From: Actinacidiphila guanduensis
GTDB taxonomy: Bacteria; Actinomycetota; Actinomycetes; Streptomycetales; Streptomycetaceae
Direction of reading: 5' to 3'
DNA: 24,000 nt
NCBI RefSeq assembly: GCF_900103985.1
Contig: NZ_FNIE01000001.1
Location: 362,466 to 386,465, forward strand
Position 1 is the first letter of the stretch. Each line of letters starts with the position of its first letter. The notes under the pieces were generated by a model. The model saw only the letters and a program-made list of their open reading frames with translations. It had not been told where the DNA came from and did not search any database. Positions 1 to 7,513 of this stretch are shown piece by piece. The position numbers and the translations under genes are program-made.

Positions 1-908
1 AGACCAGCGGTGAAGGCGAGCCGGGCCGCGTCGGCGCCGTCGGCGGCCAGGCCGTGCACCATCAGCTCGTGCACCCCGCCCCAGTCGCTCACCACCACGC
101 CGTCGAACCCCCACTCGCCGCGCAGCACCCCGTCCAGCAGCTCGCGATGGGCGTGAGCGGGCACGCCGTTGACGGTGGTGAACGCCGCCATCACCGTGGC
201 CGCGCCCGCCTCGACTGCGGCGCGGAAGGGGGGCAGGTACACGTTGCGCAGCCGCTGCCAGGAAACATCGACGGTGTTGTAGTCCCGGCCGCCCTCCACG
301 GCTCCGTAGGCGGCGAAGTGCTTGGCGCAGGCCGCCAGCCGGTCGGGCGCGGCGGGCCCGTTGGGGCCCTGGTAACCGCGGACCTTGGCGGCGGTGAGCA
401 CGGAGGTCAGGTACACGTCCTCGCCGCTGCTCTCGGCGATGCGGCCCCAGCGCGGCTCGCGGGTGACGTCGGCCATGGGGGCGAACGTCCAGTGCACGCC
501 GTGGGCCCGGGCTTCCGCGGCCGACACCTCGGCGTCGGCGGCGGCCACCGCGGGGTCGAAACTCGCCGCCTGCGCGAGGGGGATGGGGAAGGTGGTCCAG
601 AAGCCGTGGACGACGTCGAGGCCGAAGACGAGCGGGATGCCGAGGGGGGACTCCTCGACGGCGATCCGCTGCAGCGCGTTGGTCTCCCTGGCCCCGTGCA
701 GGTTGAGCACGGACCCGAGCCGGCCCGCGCGAGCGGCGCCGGCGACCAGCGCGTTCTGCCCGCCGCCGGGCCCGGTCTCCCCGTTCCACGCGAGCTGCTG
801 CAGCTGCCCGAACTTCTCGGCGACGCTCATCCGCCCCACCAGCTCGGCGATCCGCGCCTCGTCCTTCCCGCGGTCGCCCCGCTGGCTGTCGTCCGGTCCG
901 TACGGCAT
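1..908 (-). CDS. Glycoside hydrolase family 3 beta-glucosidase/beta-hexosaminidase-like, N-terminal part (partial; continues past window start)
   Basis: Absent from the ORF track because it runs off the edge. Manual minus-strand translation from ATG (plus 'cat' 906-908) gives MPYGPDDSQRGDRGKDEARIAELVGRMSVAEKFGQLQQL...ESPLGIPLVFGLDVVHGF...GEWGFDGVVVSDWGGVHELM. These are GH3 hallmarks (GIPL.FG.D..HG and the GF.G.VVSDW nucleophile-Asp region). No stop in the segments I translated (601-908 and 61-120); the middle was read less rigorously. Confidence 0.85.
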   Translation of the reverse strand, partial: MPYGPDDSQRGDRGKDEARIAELVGRMSVAEKFGQLQQLAWNGETGPGGGQNALVAGAARAGRLGSVLNLHGARETNALQRIAVEESPLGIPLVFGLDVVHGFWTTFPIPLAQAASFDPAVAAADAEVSAAEARAHGVHWTFAPMADVTREPRWGRIAESSGEDVYLTSVLTAAKVRGYQGPNGPAAPDRLAACAKHFAAYGAVEGGRDYNTVDVSWQRLRNVYLPPFRAAVEAGAATVMAAFTTVNGVPAHAHRELLDGVLRGEWGFDGVVVSDWGGVHELMVHGLAADGADAARLAFTAG

Positions 909-954
909 GGCTGTCAAGCCCCCCAAAGATGTGCGCTGGCGGATGCGACCCCCG

Positions 955-983
955 ACGATAATGCGCTTTATTAACCACCGCAA
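955..983 (-). promoter_or_regulatory. Candidate promoter of the GH3 gene (minus strand TTGCGG - 17 nt - TATCGT)
   Basis: Reverse complement of 955-983 reads TTGCGGtggttaataaagcgcatTATCGT. It lies about 47 bp upstream of the GH3 ATG, in one of the few AT-rich islands of the window. Confidence 0.4.
958..971. promoter_or_regulatory. Candidate LacI-family operator, 14-bp near-palindrome ATAATGCGCTTTAT with central CG
   Basis: 12/14 positions are self-complementary and the centre is CG, as in LacI/GalR operators. It overlaps the -10 and spacer of the candidate GH3 promoter. The core ATGCGCTTTAT recurs at 2782-2792. Confidence 0.45.
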
Positions 984-1076
984 CGGCTCCCGCCCCCACC
1001 GGTCCGGCCCGCTGCTCACTGGGAACGGTGACGGCTGCGTCCTGCGGTGCGGCCCGCCGGGCGCCGCAGCGGACGG

Positions 1077-2249
1077 CTACGGGCCCAGGGTGACGCCCGT
1101 GCGGAGACCGCAGTCCAGGGTCGAGCGGAGGGGAGCCTCCACGGGGGTGGCCAGCAGGCGGAGGAGAAGGCGGACCGCCTCCTGGCCCATCTCCCGGCGG
1201 GGGATGTGGAGTTCGGCGAGGTCGGAGACCTGGGGCTGCTCGGGGGTGCCGCTCAGGCCGACCAGGGCGAGGTCGGCGGGCACCGCGAGGCCCGCGGCAA
1301 GAGCGGCCGCGCGGATCGCCGCCGCGTCCGTGCTCACCTCCACCACCAGGGCCGTGGTGCCGTGCGCCGCCGTCCACCGGAGCAGGTCGGCGATGCCCGG
1401 CAGGGTGGCGTCGGCCTCGGGTTCGGCGCCCGGCGCCGGGGTGCCCAGGGTGAGCACCGGCGTCTCCTCGGCGGTCAGGCCGAGTTCGGCCCGCGAGGCG
1501 CGAAATCCCGCCCGCCGCCCGGGGATTCCCTCGAAGCCGCCCGCGCTCTGCACGAAGCCGATCCGGCGGTGGCCGCGCGCGACCAGGTCGGCGACGATCG
1601 CCACGGTGCCACCGAAGTAGTCGGCCGCGACGTACGACAGGTCCACGCCGGGGATCTCGCGGTGCCCGACGAAGACGAACGGATACGACTCGTCGGTGAG
1701 CCGGGACAGCTCCTGCGCCGACTCGTTGACCCCGATGAGCACCGAACCGTCCGCCAGTTGCAGGCTGTTGACCCCGTCGGCGTAGATCGACCGCTCGCTC
1801 CTGCGGTCCTTGGAGCCCGTCACCAGCAGCAGGTTGTAGCCCGCCCGCTCGGCCTCCTCCTCGATGCCGATCAGGAACTCGTAGTAGAAGTCCCGGCTCT
1901 CCAGCGGGAAGATCGGCTGGTAGGTGAAGACGCCGATCAGGCGGTTGCTGCCGCGGGCGAGGTTGCGGGCGGCGATGTTCGGCACGTAGCCGAGTTCGCG
2001 GATGGAGCGGCGCACCCGGTCGCGGGTGGCGTCGCTGACCCGGATCGAACCGTAGTCGCGGCCGTTGATCACCGAGGACACGATGCCGGTCGACACGCCG
2101 GCGTGCCGCGCCACGTCCGACTGGGTGATCTTCTTGCGGGCACCGCTCTCGGCCCCGCCGCTCGTACCGCCGGTACGGCTGCCGCGGCCCGCGCGCGACG
2201 CCTTCCGGCCCTCGCCCGCGCCCTCCGCGGCACTCTCCTTCGCCACCAT
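1077..2249 (-). CDS. LacI family transcriptional regulator
   Basis: 390-aa ORF with the N-terminal HTH KKITQSDVARHAGVSTGIVSSVINGR...VSDATRDRVRRSIRELGYVPNIAARNLA, followed by a periplasmic-binding-protein-like sugar-binding core. The Gly/Arg-rich N-terminal extension has high GC3, so it is probably translated. The start could be GTG 2246 instead of ATG 2249, because GGGAGG sits immediately upstream. Confidence 0.9.
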   Translation of the reverse strand: MVAKESAAEGAGEGRKASRAGRGSRTGGTSGGAESGARKKITQSDVARHAGVSTGIVSSVINGRDYGSIRVSDATRDRVRRSIRELGYVPNIAARNLARGSNRLIGVFTYQPIFPLESRDFYYEFLIGIEEEAERAGYNLLLVTGSKDRRSERSIYADGVNSLQLADGSVLIGVNESAQELSRLTDESYPFVFVGHREIPGVDLSYVAADYFGGTVAIVADLVARGHRRIGFVQSAGGFEGIPGRRAGFRASRAELGLTAEETPVLTLGTPAPGAEPEADATLPGIADLLRWTAAHGTTALVVEVSTDAAAIRAAALAAGLAVPADLALVGLSGTPEQPQVSDLAELHIPRREMGQEAVRLLLRLLATPVEAPLRSTLDCGLRTGVTLGP

Positions 2250-2376
2250 GCCTCCCTCACCGCTGCCTCACCACTGCCCGCGAACCCGTACGGCCCGAAG
2301 CGTCACCGGGCCCCCACGGCACCGGAAACCTACCGCGCCCCGCGCCTGCCCCACCGCCCCGCGCGCCGCCGACCCG

Positions 2377-2562
2377 GTACACGCCGCGGCACCGTGTACG
2401 AAGACGAAGCCCCGCAGTGCCGGACCCGCTTCTCGCCAGCCCCACGCGTGGCGCCGGCCCGGGACCACCGCCGGCACCGTGTACGAAGGCGGCGGCACCG
2501 AACCCCCGCCCCGGCCGCCCGGGGGACCCGCCCGGGAGACGCCCCCGGCACGGCACACGAAG
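2377..2562. repeat. Dispersed direct repeats in a long non-coding region; 16-nt core GGCACCGTGTACGAAG
   Basis: Perfect 16-mers at 2388-2403 and 2473-2488, and a degenerate copy ggcacggcacacgaag (12/16) at 2547-2562. The first copy is part of the hairpin GTACACG-N9-CGTGTAC (2377-2399). Confidence 0.5.
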
Positions 2563-2738
2563 GCGAAGCCCAAGAGCCCGGCCCCGACACCCCCGCGAAG
2601 CGGAGGCCGAGGCGCCCGCACGGGCCCGGCGGCCCGGAGTGCGCCCGCTCCGGAGCCCCGCGAGCGGGGCACCCCCGAGTCGAAGGGCACCGTGGAACAC
2701 CCCCTGAGCCGCGCAGCGAAATTTCTTCGGTCCACTCG

Positions 2739-2767
2739 TTGACACCCTAACGCGGCGAGCCTAGGTT
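2739..2767 (+). promoter_or_regulatory. Candidate housekeeping-sigma promoter of the FAD-oxidoreductase/ABC operon (TTGACA - 17 nt - TAGGTT)
   Basis: Perfect -35 TTGACA (2739-2744), an exact 17-nt spacer and TAGGTT (2762-2767), which matches the Streptomyces -10 pattern TAGRRT/TANNNT. AT-rich island. The implied 5' UTR is about 200 nt. Confidence 0.55.
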
Positions 2768-2778
2768 AACCGCATTGG

Positions 2779-2792
2779 TTGATGCGCTTTAT
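2779..2792. promoter_or_regulatory. Candidate LacI-family operator half-conserved site TTGATGCGCTTTAT
   Basis: Shares ATGCGCTTTAT with the 958-971 site. It lies 12 nt downstream of the -10, at about the transcription start, a typical repressor position. The palindrome is weaker here (8/14). Confidence 0.4.
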
Positions 2793-2980
2793 CACCCGGA
2801 AACACAGGCCAGGGAGCACAAGGCCGCCGCCCCCGCCACCGCCCTTGCCCGCAGGGGCGGTTGACCGCCGGCAGCGTCTCCGCGGCCCCCGCATCGACCC
2901 CCACATCGCGTTCTGCGGACGGGCCGGGCCCTGCCCTCGGGCAGCCCCCGGCCGGAAGTCCCCCGGCGGAAAGGTTCCCC

Positions 2981-4618
2981 ATGACGGTGCAGGAGACGGC
3001 GCAGGAGACCGACGTCCTCGTGGTCGGCGGCGGGCTCGGCGGCGTGGCGGCCGCGCTCGCGGCCGCCCGGCTCGGCCGCCGGGTCGTGCTGACCGAGGAG
3101 TCGCCCTGGCTCGGCGGCCAGATGACCTCGCAGGCCGTGCCGCCGGACGAGCACCCCTGGATCGAGACCGAGGGCGCCACCCGCAGCTACCGGCGGCTGC
3201 GCCGGAACATCCGCGACTACTACCGCCGCAACTACGACCTCAACGACGACGCCCTGGTCACCTCGGTGCTCAACCCCGGCGGCGGCGGGGTCAGCCCCAT
3301 CTGCCACGAGCCCGCCGTGGGCGTCACCGCCATCGCCGAACTGCTCGCTCCTTTCCGTTCCGACGCCCAGCTCACCGTGCTCACCGAGCACGAGCCGGTC
3401 GCCGCGGAGACCGAGGGCGACCAGGTCGTCTCCGTCACCCTGCGCGCCCGCCGGACCGGCGAGCAGGTCACCCTCACCGCCCCGTACATCCTGGACGCCA
3501 CCGAGCTCGGCGACCTGCTGGAGCTGGCCGGGGTGGAGCACGTGACCGGCGCCGAGAGCCGCGACGAGACCGGCGAGCCGCACGCCCTGGACGGGCCGGC
3601 CGACCCGCTGGACCAGCAGTCCTTCACCTGGTGCTTCGCCGTGGACTACCACCCGGAGGCGGACTTCACCATCGACCGCCCCGCGGACTACGACTTCTGG
3701 CGCGCCTACCGGCCGGACTTCTGGCCGGCGCCGCTGCTGTCGTGGGAGGACGTCATCCCGCAGACGCTCGCGCCGCGCCGGGAGGCGATCTTCGAGCACC
3801 CCGACTCCCCGCGCGGCCACGTCACCGCCGACCGGTGGAACTTCCGCCGGATCTTCTCGGCCGCCAACTACCGCCCCGGGCGCTACGGGAGCGATGTCAC
3901 GCTCGTCAACTGGCCGCAGATCGACTACATGGAGGGCCCTCTCATCGGCGTGGACGACGCCACCCGCGAGCGGCACCTGGAGGCGTCCCGCCGGCAGAGC
4001 CTGTCCTTCCTGTACTGGATGCAGACCGAGGCGCCCCGGCTCGACGGCGGCACCGGGTACAAGGGCCTGCGGCTGCGCGGCGATGTGCTCGGCACCGACG
4101 ACGGCCTCGCCATGCGCCCCTACATCCGCGAATCGCGGCGCATCCGCGCGGAGTTCACGGTGCTGGAGCAGCACGTGGGGGTGCAGGCGCGGGCCGAGGC
4201 GGGGCTGCCGGCCGGCGCGGAGCCGTTCGCCGACACGGTGGGCACCGGCTCGTACCGGATCGACCTGCACCCCAGTTCCGGCGGCCGCAGCGGGCCGCGC
4301 ACGTACATCGACATCGCCGACCACCCGTTCCAGATACCGCTGGGCGCGCTGATCCCGCAGCGGGTGGAGAACCTGCTGCCGGCGAACAAGAACATCGGCA
4401 CCACGCACATCACCAACGGCTGCTACCGGCTGCACCCGGTGGAGTGGACGATCGGCGAGGCCGCGGGCGCGCTGGCCGCGCACTGCCTGAACTCCGGCAG
4501 CACCCCGCGCAAGGTCCGCAACGATCCGGCGCTGCTGGCCGACTTCCAGCGGCTGCTGCGGACCCGGCTGGGCTTCCAGCTGACCTGGCCCGAGCACCTG
4601 CGGACCGCACAGCGCTGA
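2981..4618 (+). CDS. FAD-dependent oxidoreductase (FAD_oxidored/PF12831-like by recollection), cytoplasmic
   Basis: MTVQETAQETDVLVVGGGLGGVAAALAAARLGRRVVLTEE is a GxGxxG Rossmann dinucleotide-binding fold. No signal peptide. ATG 2981 is preceded by GGAAAGG with a 6-nt spacer. The upstream TTG-2861 extension has lower GC3 and rare codons, so it was rejected. Confidence 0.85.
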   Translation: MTVQETAQETDVLVVGGGLGGVAAALAAARLGRRVVLTEESPWLGGQMTSQAVPPDEHPWIETEGATRSYRRLRRNIRDYYRRNYDLNDDALVTSVLNPGGGGVSPICHEPAVGVTAIAELLAPFRSDAQLTVLTEHEPVAAETEGDQVVSVTLRARRTGEQVTLTAPYILDATELGDLLELAGVEHVTGAESRDETGEPHALDGPADPLDQQSFTWCFAVDYHPEADFTIDRPADYDFWRAYRPDFWPAPLLSWEDVIPQTLAPRREAIFEHPDSPRGHVTADRWNFRRIFSAANYRPGRYGSDVTLVNWPQIDYMEGPLIGVDDATRERHLEASRRQSLSFLYWMQTEAPRLDGGTGYKGLRLRGDVLGTDDGLAMRPYIRESRRIRAEFTVLEQHVGVQARAEAGLPAGAEPFADTVGTGSYRIDLHPSSGGRSGPRTYIDIADHPFQIPLGALIPQRVENLLPANKNIGTTHITNGCYRLHPVEWTIGEAAGALAAHCLNSGSTPRKVRNDPALLADFQRLLRTRLGFQLTWPEHLRTAQR

Positions 4619-4777
4619 CACCGCCCGCGGCCCCCACTCGCCCCGTACCCGCGCAGGGGCGCGCCGCCCGAACCTCGCCCGCACCGCGTCGCGATGGGCG
4701 CGTTGCCCCTGCGAACTCCCCCGCACCGCATCCAGATGATCAGTACGACTCACCACCCGCACGGAAGGTCCGCCGCC

Positions 4778-6400
4778 ATGGCTCCTGTTACAGGCCCCTC
4801 CCGCCGCACGTTCCTGGCCGCCGGTTCGCTGGCCGCCGCGGGCGCCGCGGTGCCGCTGCTGTCGTCGTGTTCGACCAGCCCGGCCACCAAGGACACCGCC
4901 GCGGCCAACGCGCGGGCGAAGCTGCCGGTGTACGCGCCGGTCACCGTGGTCCGCCCGGACCTGCCGGGGACGGCGGCCGGCGCCATGCCCGGCTACTTCA
5001 GCTACCCCAGACACCCCAAGCAGGCGTTCGCCACGCCCCCGCTGGCCGGGATCGGCGAGGTCAGCATCATCTACCCGACCTACAGCGCGGTGCCGCCCCA
5101 GCAGGGCGACAACGCCTTCTGGCAGCAGCTGGACAAGGGCGCGGGCGCCAAGCTGAACATCACGCTGGCCACCGGCGGCGACTACCCGACGAAGTTCCAG
5201 ACGCTGATCGCGGGCGGCGACCTGCCCGACATCGCCGGCTTCCCGGTGCCGACCCCGGACCAGCCGCAGGTGATGGAGAAGCTCTTCGCGGACCTGGGCC
5301 CCTATCTGTCCGGCGACGCGGCCAAGGAGTACCCGTACCTGGCGAACATCCCGACCGAGTCGTGGAAGACGGCCGTGGCCAACGGGACGATCTACGCCGT
5401 GCCGCAGCCGCGGGCGCTGCCCTCCAACCCGCTGTTCCTGCGCGCCGACATCATCCGCCAGGTGGGGGCGAACCCGGAGCCGAAGAGCTACCAGGAGTTC
5501 CTGCAGCTGATGAAGGACGTCACGGACGCGAGGAAGAGCCGCTGGGCGTGCGCGGACGTGTGGGGCATGGTCACGCACCTGCAGATGATGCTGGGCGTGC
5601 CCAACACCTGGGACAGCACCGGCGGCAAGTTCACCAGCTTCTGGCTGAGCGAGGGCACCAAGCAGGCGCTCGGCATGGTCCGGGACATGGTCAAGCAGGG
5701 GCTGTTCCACCCCGACTCCGCCTCCGCGACCGCCCAGTTCACCCCGCTGCGGGACTACTTCGCCAGCGGCCGCACGGTGATGACCAGCGACGGCTACGCG
5801 GCCTGGGACATCTTCGGCAAGGAGATCGGCTACGACAAGGTCACCGCGCTGGTGGAGCCGAAGTACGACGGCGGCGGTGACGCCAAGCACTACGCCGGCA
5901 CCGGCAGCCAGGGCCTCACCGTGATCCGCAAGGGCCTGGGCGAGAAGAAGACGAAGGCGCTGCTGAACTTCCTCAACTGGCTGTGCGCGCCCATCGGCAC
6001 CGCCGAGCACCTGCAGCGCAAGTTCGGCGTCGAGGGCGTGGACTACACCTGGAAGGACGGGCTGCCGACTCCCACCGCGCGCGGCGCCCGCGAGCTGGTC
6101 GACGTGCAGTACATCACCGACGCGCCGACCATCCTGGGCCCGGGGCCCAAGGCCGAGGTGACCACCCAGCACACCTGGCACGTGCGGATCTCGGAGAACC
6201 TGATCGCCAACCCGGCGGTGGGCCGCTACTCCGACACCAACAGCCGCAAGGGCGCCCAGCTGAAGAAGATCACCGACGACGCGCAGCTGGACATCGCCTT
6301 CGGCCGCCAGCCGCTCTCGCACTGGGACGACGTGATGCGGCAGTGGCGGTCGGCCGGCGGCGACCGGATGTCCGCGGAGTACGCGGAGTCCGCGAGCTGA
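4778..6400 (+). CDS. Extracellular solute-binding lipoprotein of a CUT1-type sugar ABC transporter (large LplA-like SBP)
   Basis: MAPVTGPSRRTFLAAGSLAAAGAAVPLLSSCS carries a twin-arginine motif and a lipobox Cys. The ~540-aa size is typical of LplA-type polysaccharide/oligosaccharide SBPs. GGAAGG lies 9 nt upstream of ATG 4778. Codons upstream of 4778 are rare (CGA, ACT, AGT, GGA, AGG). Confidence 0.9.
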   Translation: MAPVTGPSRRTFLAAGSLAAAGAAVPLLSSCSTSPATKDTAAANARAKLPVYAPVTVVRPDLPGTAAGAMPGYFSYPRHPKQAFATPPLAGIGEVSIIYPTYSAVPPQQGDNAFWQQLDKGAGAKLNITLATGGDYPTKFQTLIAGGDLPDIAGFPVPTPDQPQVMEKLFADLGPYLSGDAAKEYPYLANIPTESWKTAVANGTIYAVPQPRALPSNPLFLRADIIRQVGANPEPKSYQEFLQLMKDVTDARKSRWACADVWGMVTHLQMMLGVPNTWDSTGGKFTSFWLSEGTKQALGMVRDMVKQGLFHPDSASATAQFTPLRDYFASGRTVMTSDGYAAWDIFGKEIGYDKVTALVEPKYDGGGDAKHYAGTGSQGLTVIRKGLGEKKTKALLNFLNWLCAPIGTAEHLQRKFGVEGVDYTWKDGLPTPTARGARELVDVQYITDAPTILGPGPKAEVTTQHTWHVRISENLIANPAVGRYSDTNSRKGAQLKKITDDAQLDIAFGRQPLSHWDDVMRQWRSAGGDRMSAEYAESAS

Positions 6401-6407
6401 GCTCCGG

Positions 6408-6439
6408 CCGGGCGGGCGCCGCAGGGGGCGCCCACCCGG
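6408..6439 (+). other. Intra-operon stem-loop after the SBP gene (13-bp stem, 1 mismatch, 6-nt loop)
   Basis: ccgggcgggcgcc-gcaggg-ggcgcccacccgg lies 8 nt after the SBP stop. Such hairpins in ABC operons commonly stabilise the SBP transcript or partially terminate it. Confidence 0.4.
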
Positions 6440-6505
6440 CGGGACGTACGGTTCGCAAGCGCGGGCGGGGACCCGCAACGAGGCACACGAGGTCCAGGAG
6501 GAGAG

Positions 6506-7513
6506 ATGGCTGTCGAGGCGACGCGGCGGCTGCGGCCGGGCAAGGCCCGCGGCCCGCGGCCGCGCGGGGACGGCGGGGGTCGCGGCGGGGGGCCCGCGGC
6601 AGGGCGGGGCCGGCTCGCCCGGCTGCGGCGGGACCGGTTCCTGCTGCTGCTCGCGCTGCCGGGCATCGCGGTGGTGCTGCTGTTCTGCTACCTGCCGCTG
6701 CTCGGCAACGTCATCGCGTTCAAGGACTACCAGCCCTTCCTGGGCATCTCCGGCTCGCCGTGGGTGGGACTGTCGAACTTCGACGTGATCTTCAACGGCG
6801 ACCCGGAGTTCGTCACCGCCCTGAAGAACACGCTGATCGTGGCCCTGGCGCAGGTCGTCTTCGTCTTCCCGGTGCCGATCGCGGTGGCGCTGCTGCTCAA
6901 CTCGCTGCTCTCGGAGCGGATCAAGCGGATCGTGCAGTCGGTGCTCTACCTGCCGCACTTCATGTCCTGGGTGATCGTGGTCGCCCTGTTCCAGTCGATG
7001 CTGGGCAACGCCGGGATGCTCAACACCTGGCTGGCGCACCACGGTTCGGGCGGCTTCCACATCATCGGCGACCCGGGCCTGTTCAAGGTGCTGATCACCT
7101 CGCAGGTGGTCTGGAAGGACTCCGGCTGGGGCACGATCCTCTTCCTGGCCGCGCTGTCCCGCATCGACACCAGCCTGTACGAGGCGGCGGCCGTGGACGG
7201 CGCGAGCAAGACGCGCCAGCTGTGGCACGTGACGCTGCCCGGCATCCGGGGCGTCGTGGTGCTGATGTTCATCCTCAAGCTGGGCGACGCGCTGAACACC
7301 GGCTTCGAGCAGATCCTGCTCCAGCAGGCCCCGGTGGGCACCGACGCCTCGGAGGTGCTGGACACCTACGTCTACAACCACGGCGTGATCAACGGCGACT
7401 GGGGTGTGTCCGCCGCGGTCGGCCTGGTCAAGGGCGTGGTCAGCGTGGCCCTGGTCCTGGGCGCGAACAAGGTCGCCCACATCTTCGGAGAGCGCGGGGT
7501 GTACGAGTCGTGA
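6506..7513 (+). CDS. Sugar ABC transporter permease (LplB-like)
   Basis: 335 aa, multi-TM. FLLLLALPGIAVVLLFCYLPLLGNVIAFKDYQPFLG...WVGLSNF is the typical LplB-type N-terminus. GGAGGAGAG lies directly upstream. GC3 is high throughout. Confidence 0.9.
   Translation: MAVEATRRLRPGKARGPRPRGDGGGRGGGPAAGRGRLARLRRDRFLLLLALPGIAVVLLFCYLPLLGNVIAFKDYQPFLGISGSPWVGLSNFDVIFNGDPEFVTALKNTLIVALAQVVFVFPVPIAVALLLNSLLSERIKRIVQSVLYLPHFMSWVIVVALFQSMLGNAGMLNTWLAHHGSGGFHIIGDPGLFKVLITSQVVWKDSGWGTILFLAALSRIDTSLYEAAAVDGASKTRQLWHVTLPGIRGVVVLMFILKLGDALNTGFEQILLQQAPVGTDASEVLDTYVYNHGVINGDWGVSAAVGLVKGVVSVALVLGANKVAHIFGERGVYES

Noticed and set aside
2417-2707. 96-aa ORF inside the long intergenic region as a possible small protein
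   Set aside because: GC3 is only about 80%, against more than 90% in neighbouring genes. It has many rare codons, a Pro/Arg-rich product and no SD.
54-2750. Plus-strand ORFs 54-974, 385-1620 and 1047-2750
   Set aside because: They lie opposite or out of frame to the motif-supported minus-strand GH3 and LacI genes. Their products are Arg/Gly/Pro-rich with no domains.
4650-4715. Long-range pairing gcaggggcgcgcc / ggcgcgttgcccctgc between the FAD oxidoreductase and SBP genes as a terminator or attenuator
   Set aside because: The stem needs a 3-nt bulge and a loop of about 30 nt, and no U-tract follows. This is too weak to call, and the genes are probably co-transcribed.
2779-5880. 1033-aa plus-strand ORF (MMRFITRKH...)
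   Set aside because: It is out of frame with the FAD oxidoreductase and SBP genes. The product is an extreme Arg/Pro/Gly/Ala composition typical of a wrong frame in high-GC DNA, and it begins inside the operator/5' UTR region.
2792-7480. 1562-aa minus-strand ORF, the longest in the track
   Set aside because: It is an antisense shadow of four well-supported plus-strand genes (FAD oxidoreductase, SBP, two permeases). The product is low-complexity, rich in R/G/A/V/D/H/Q, with no recognisable motif. Long stop-free antisense frames are expected at this GC content.
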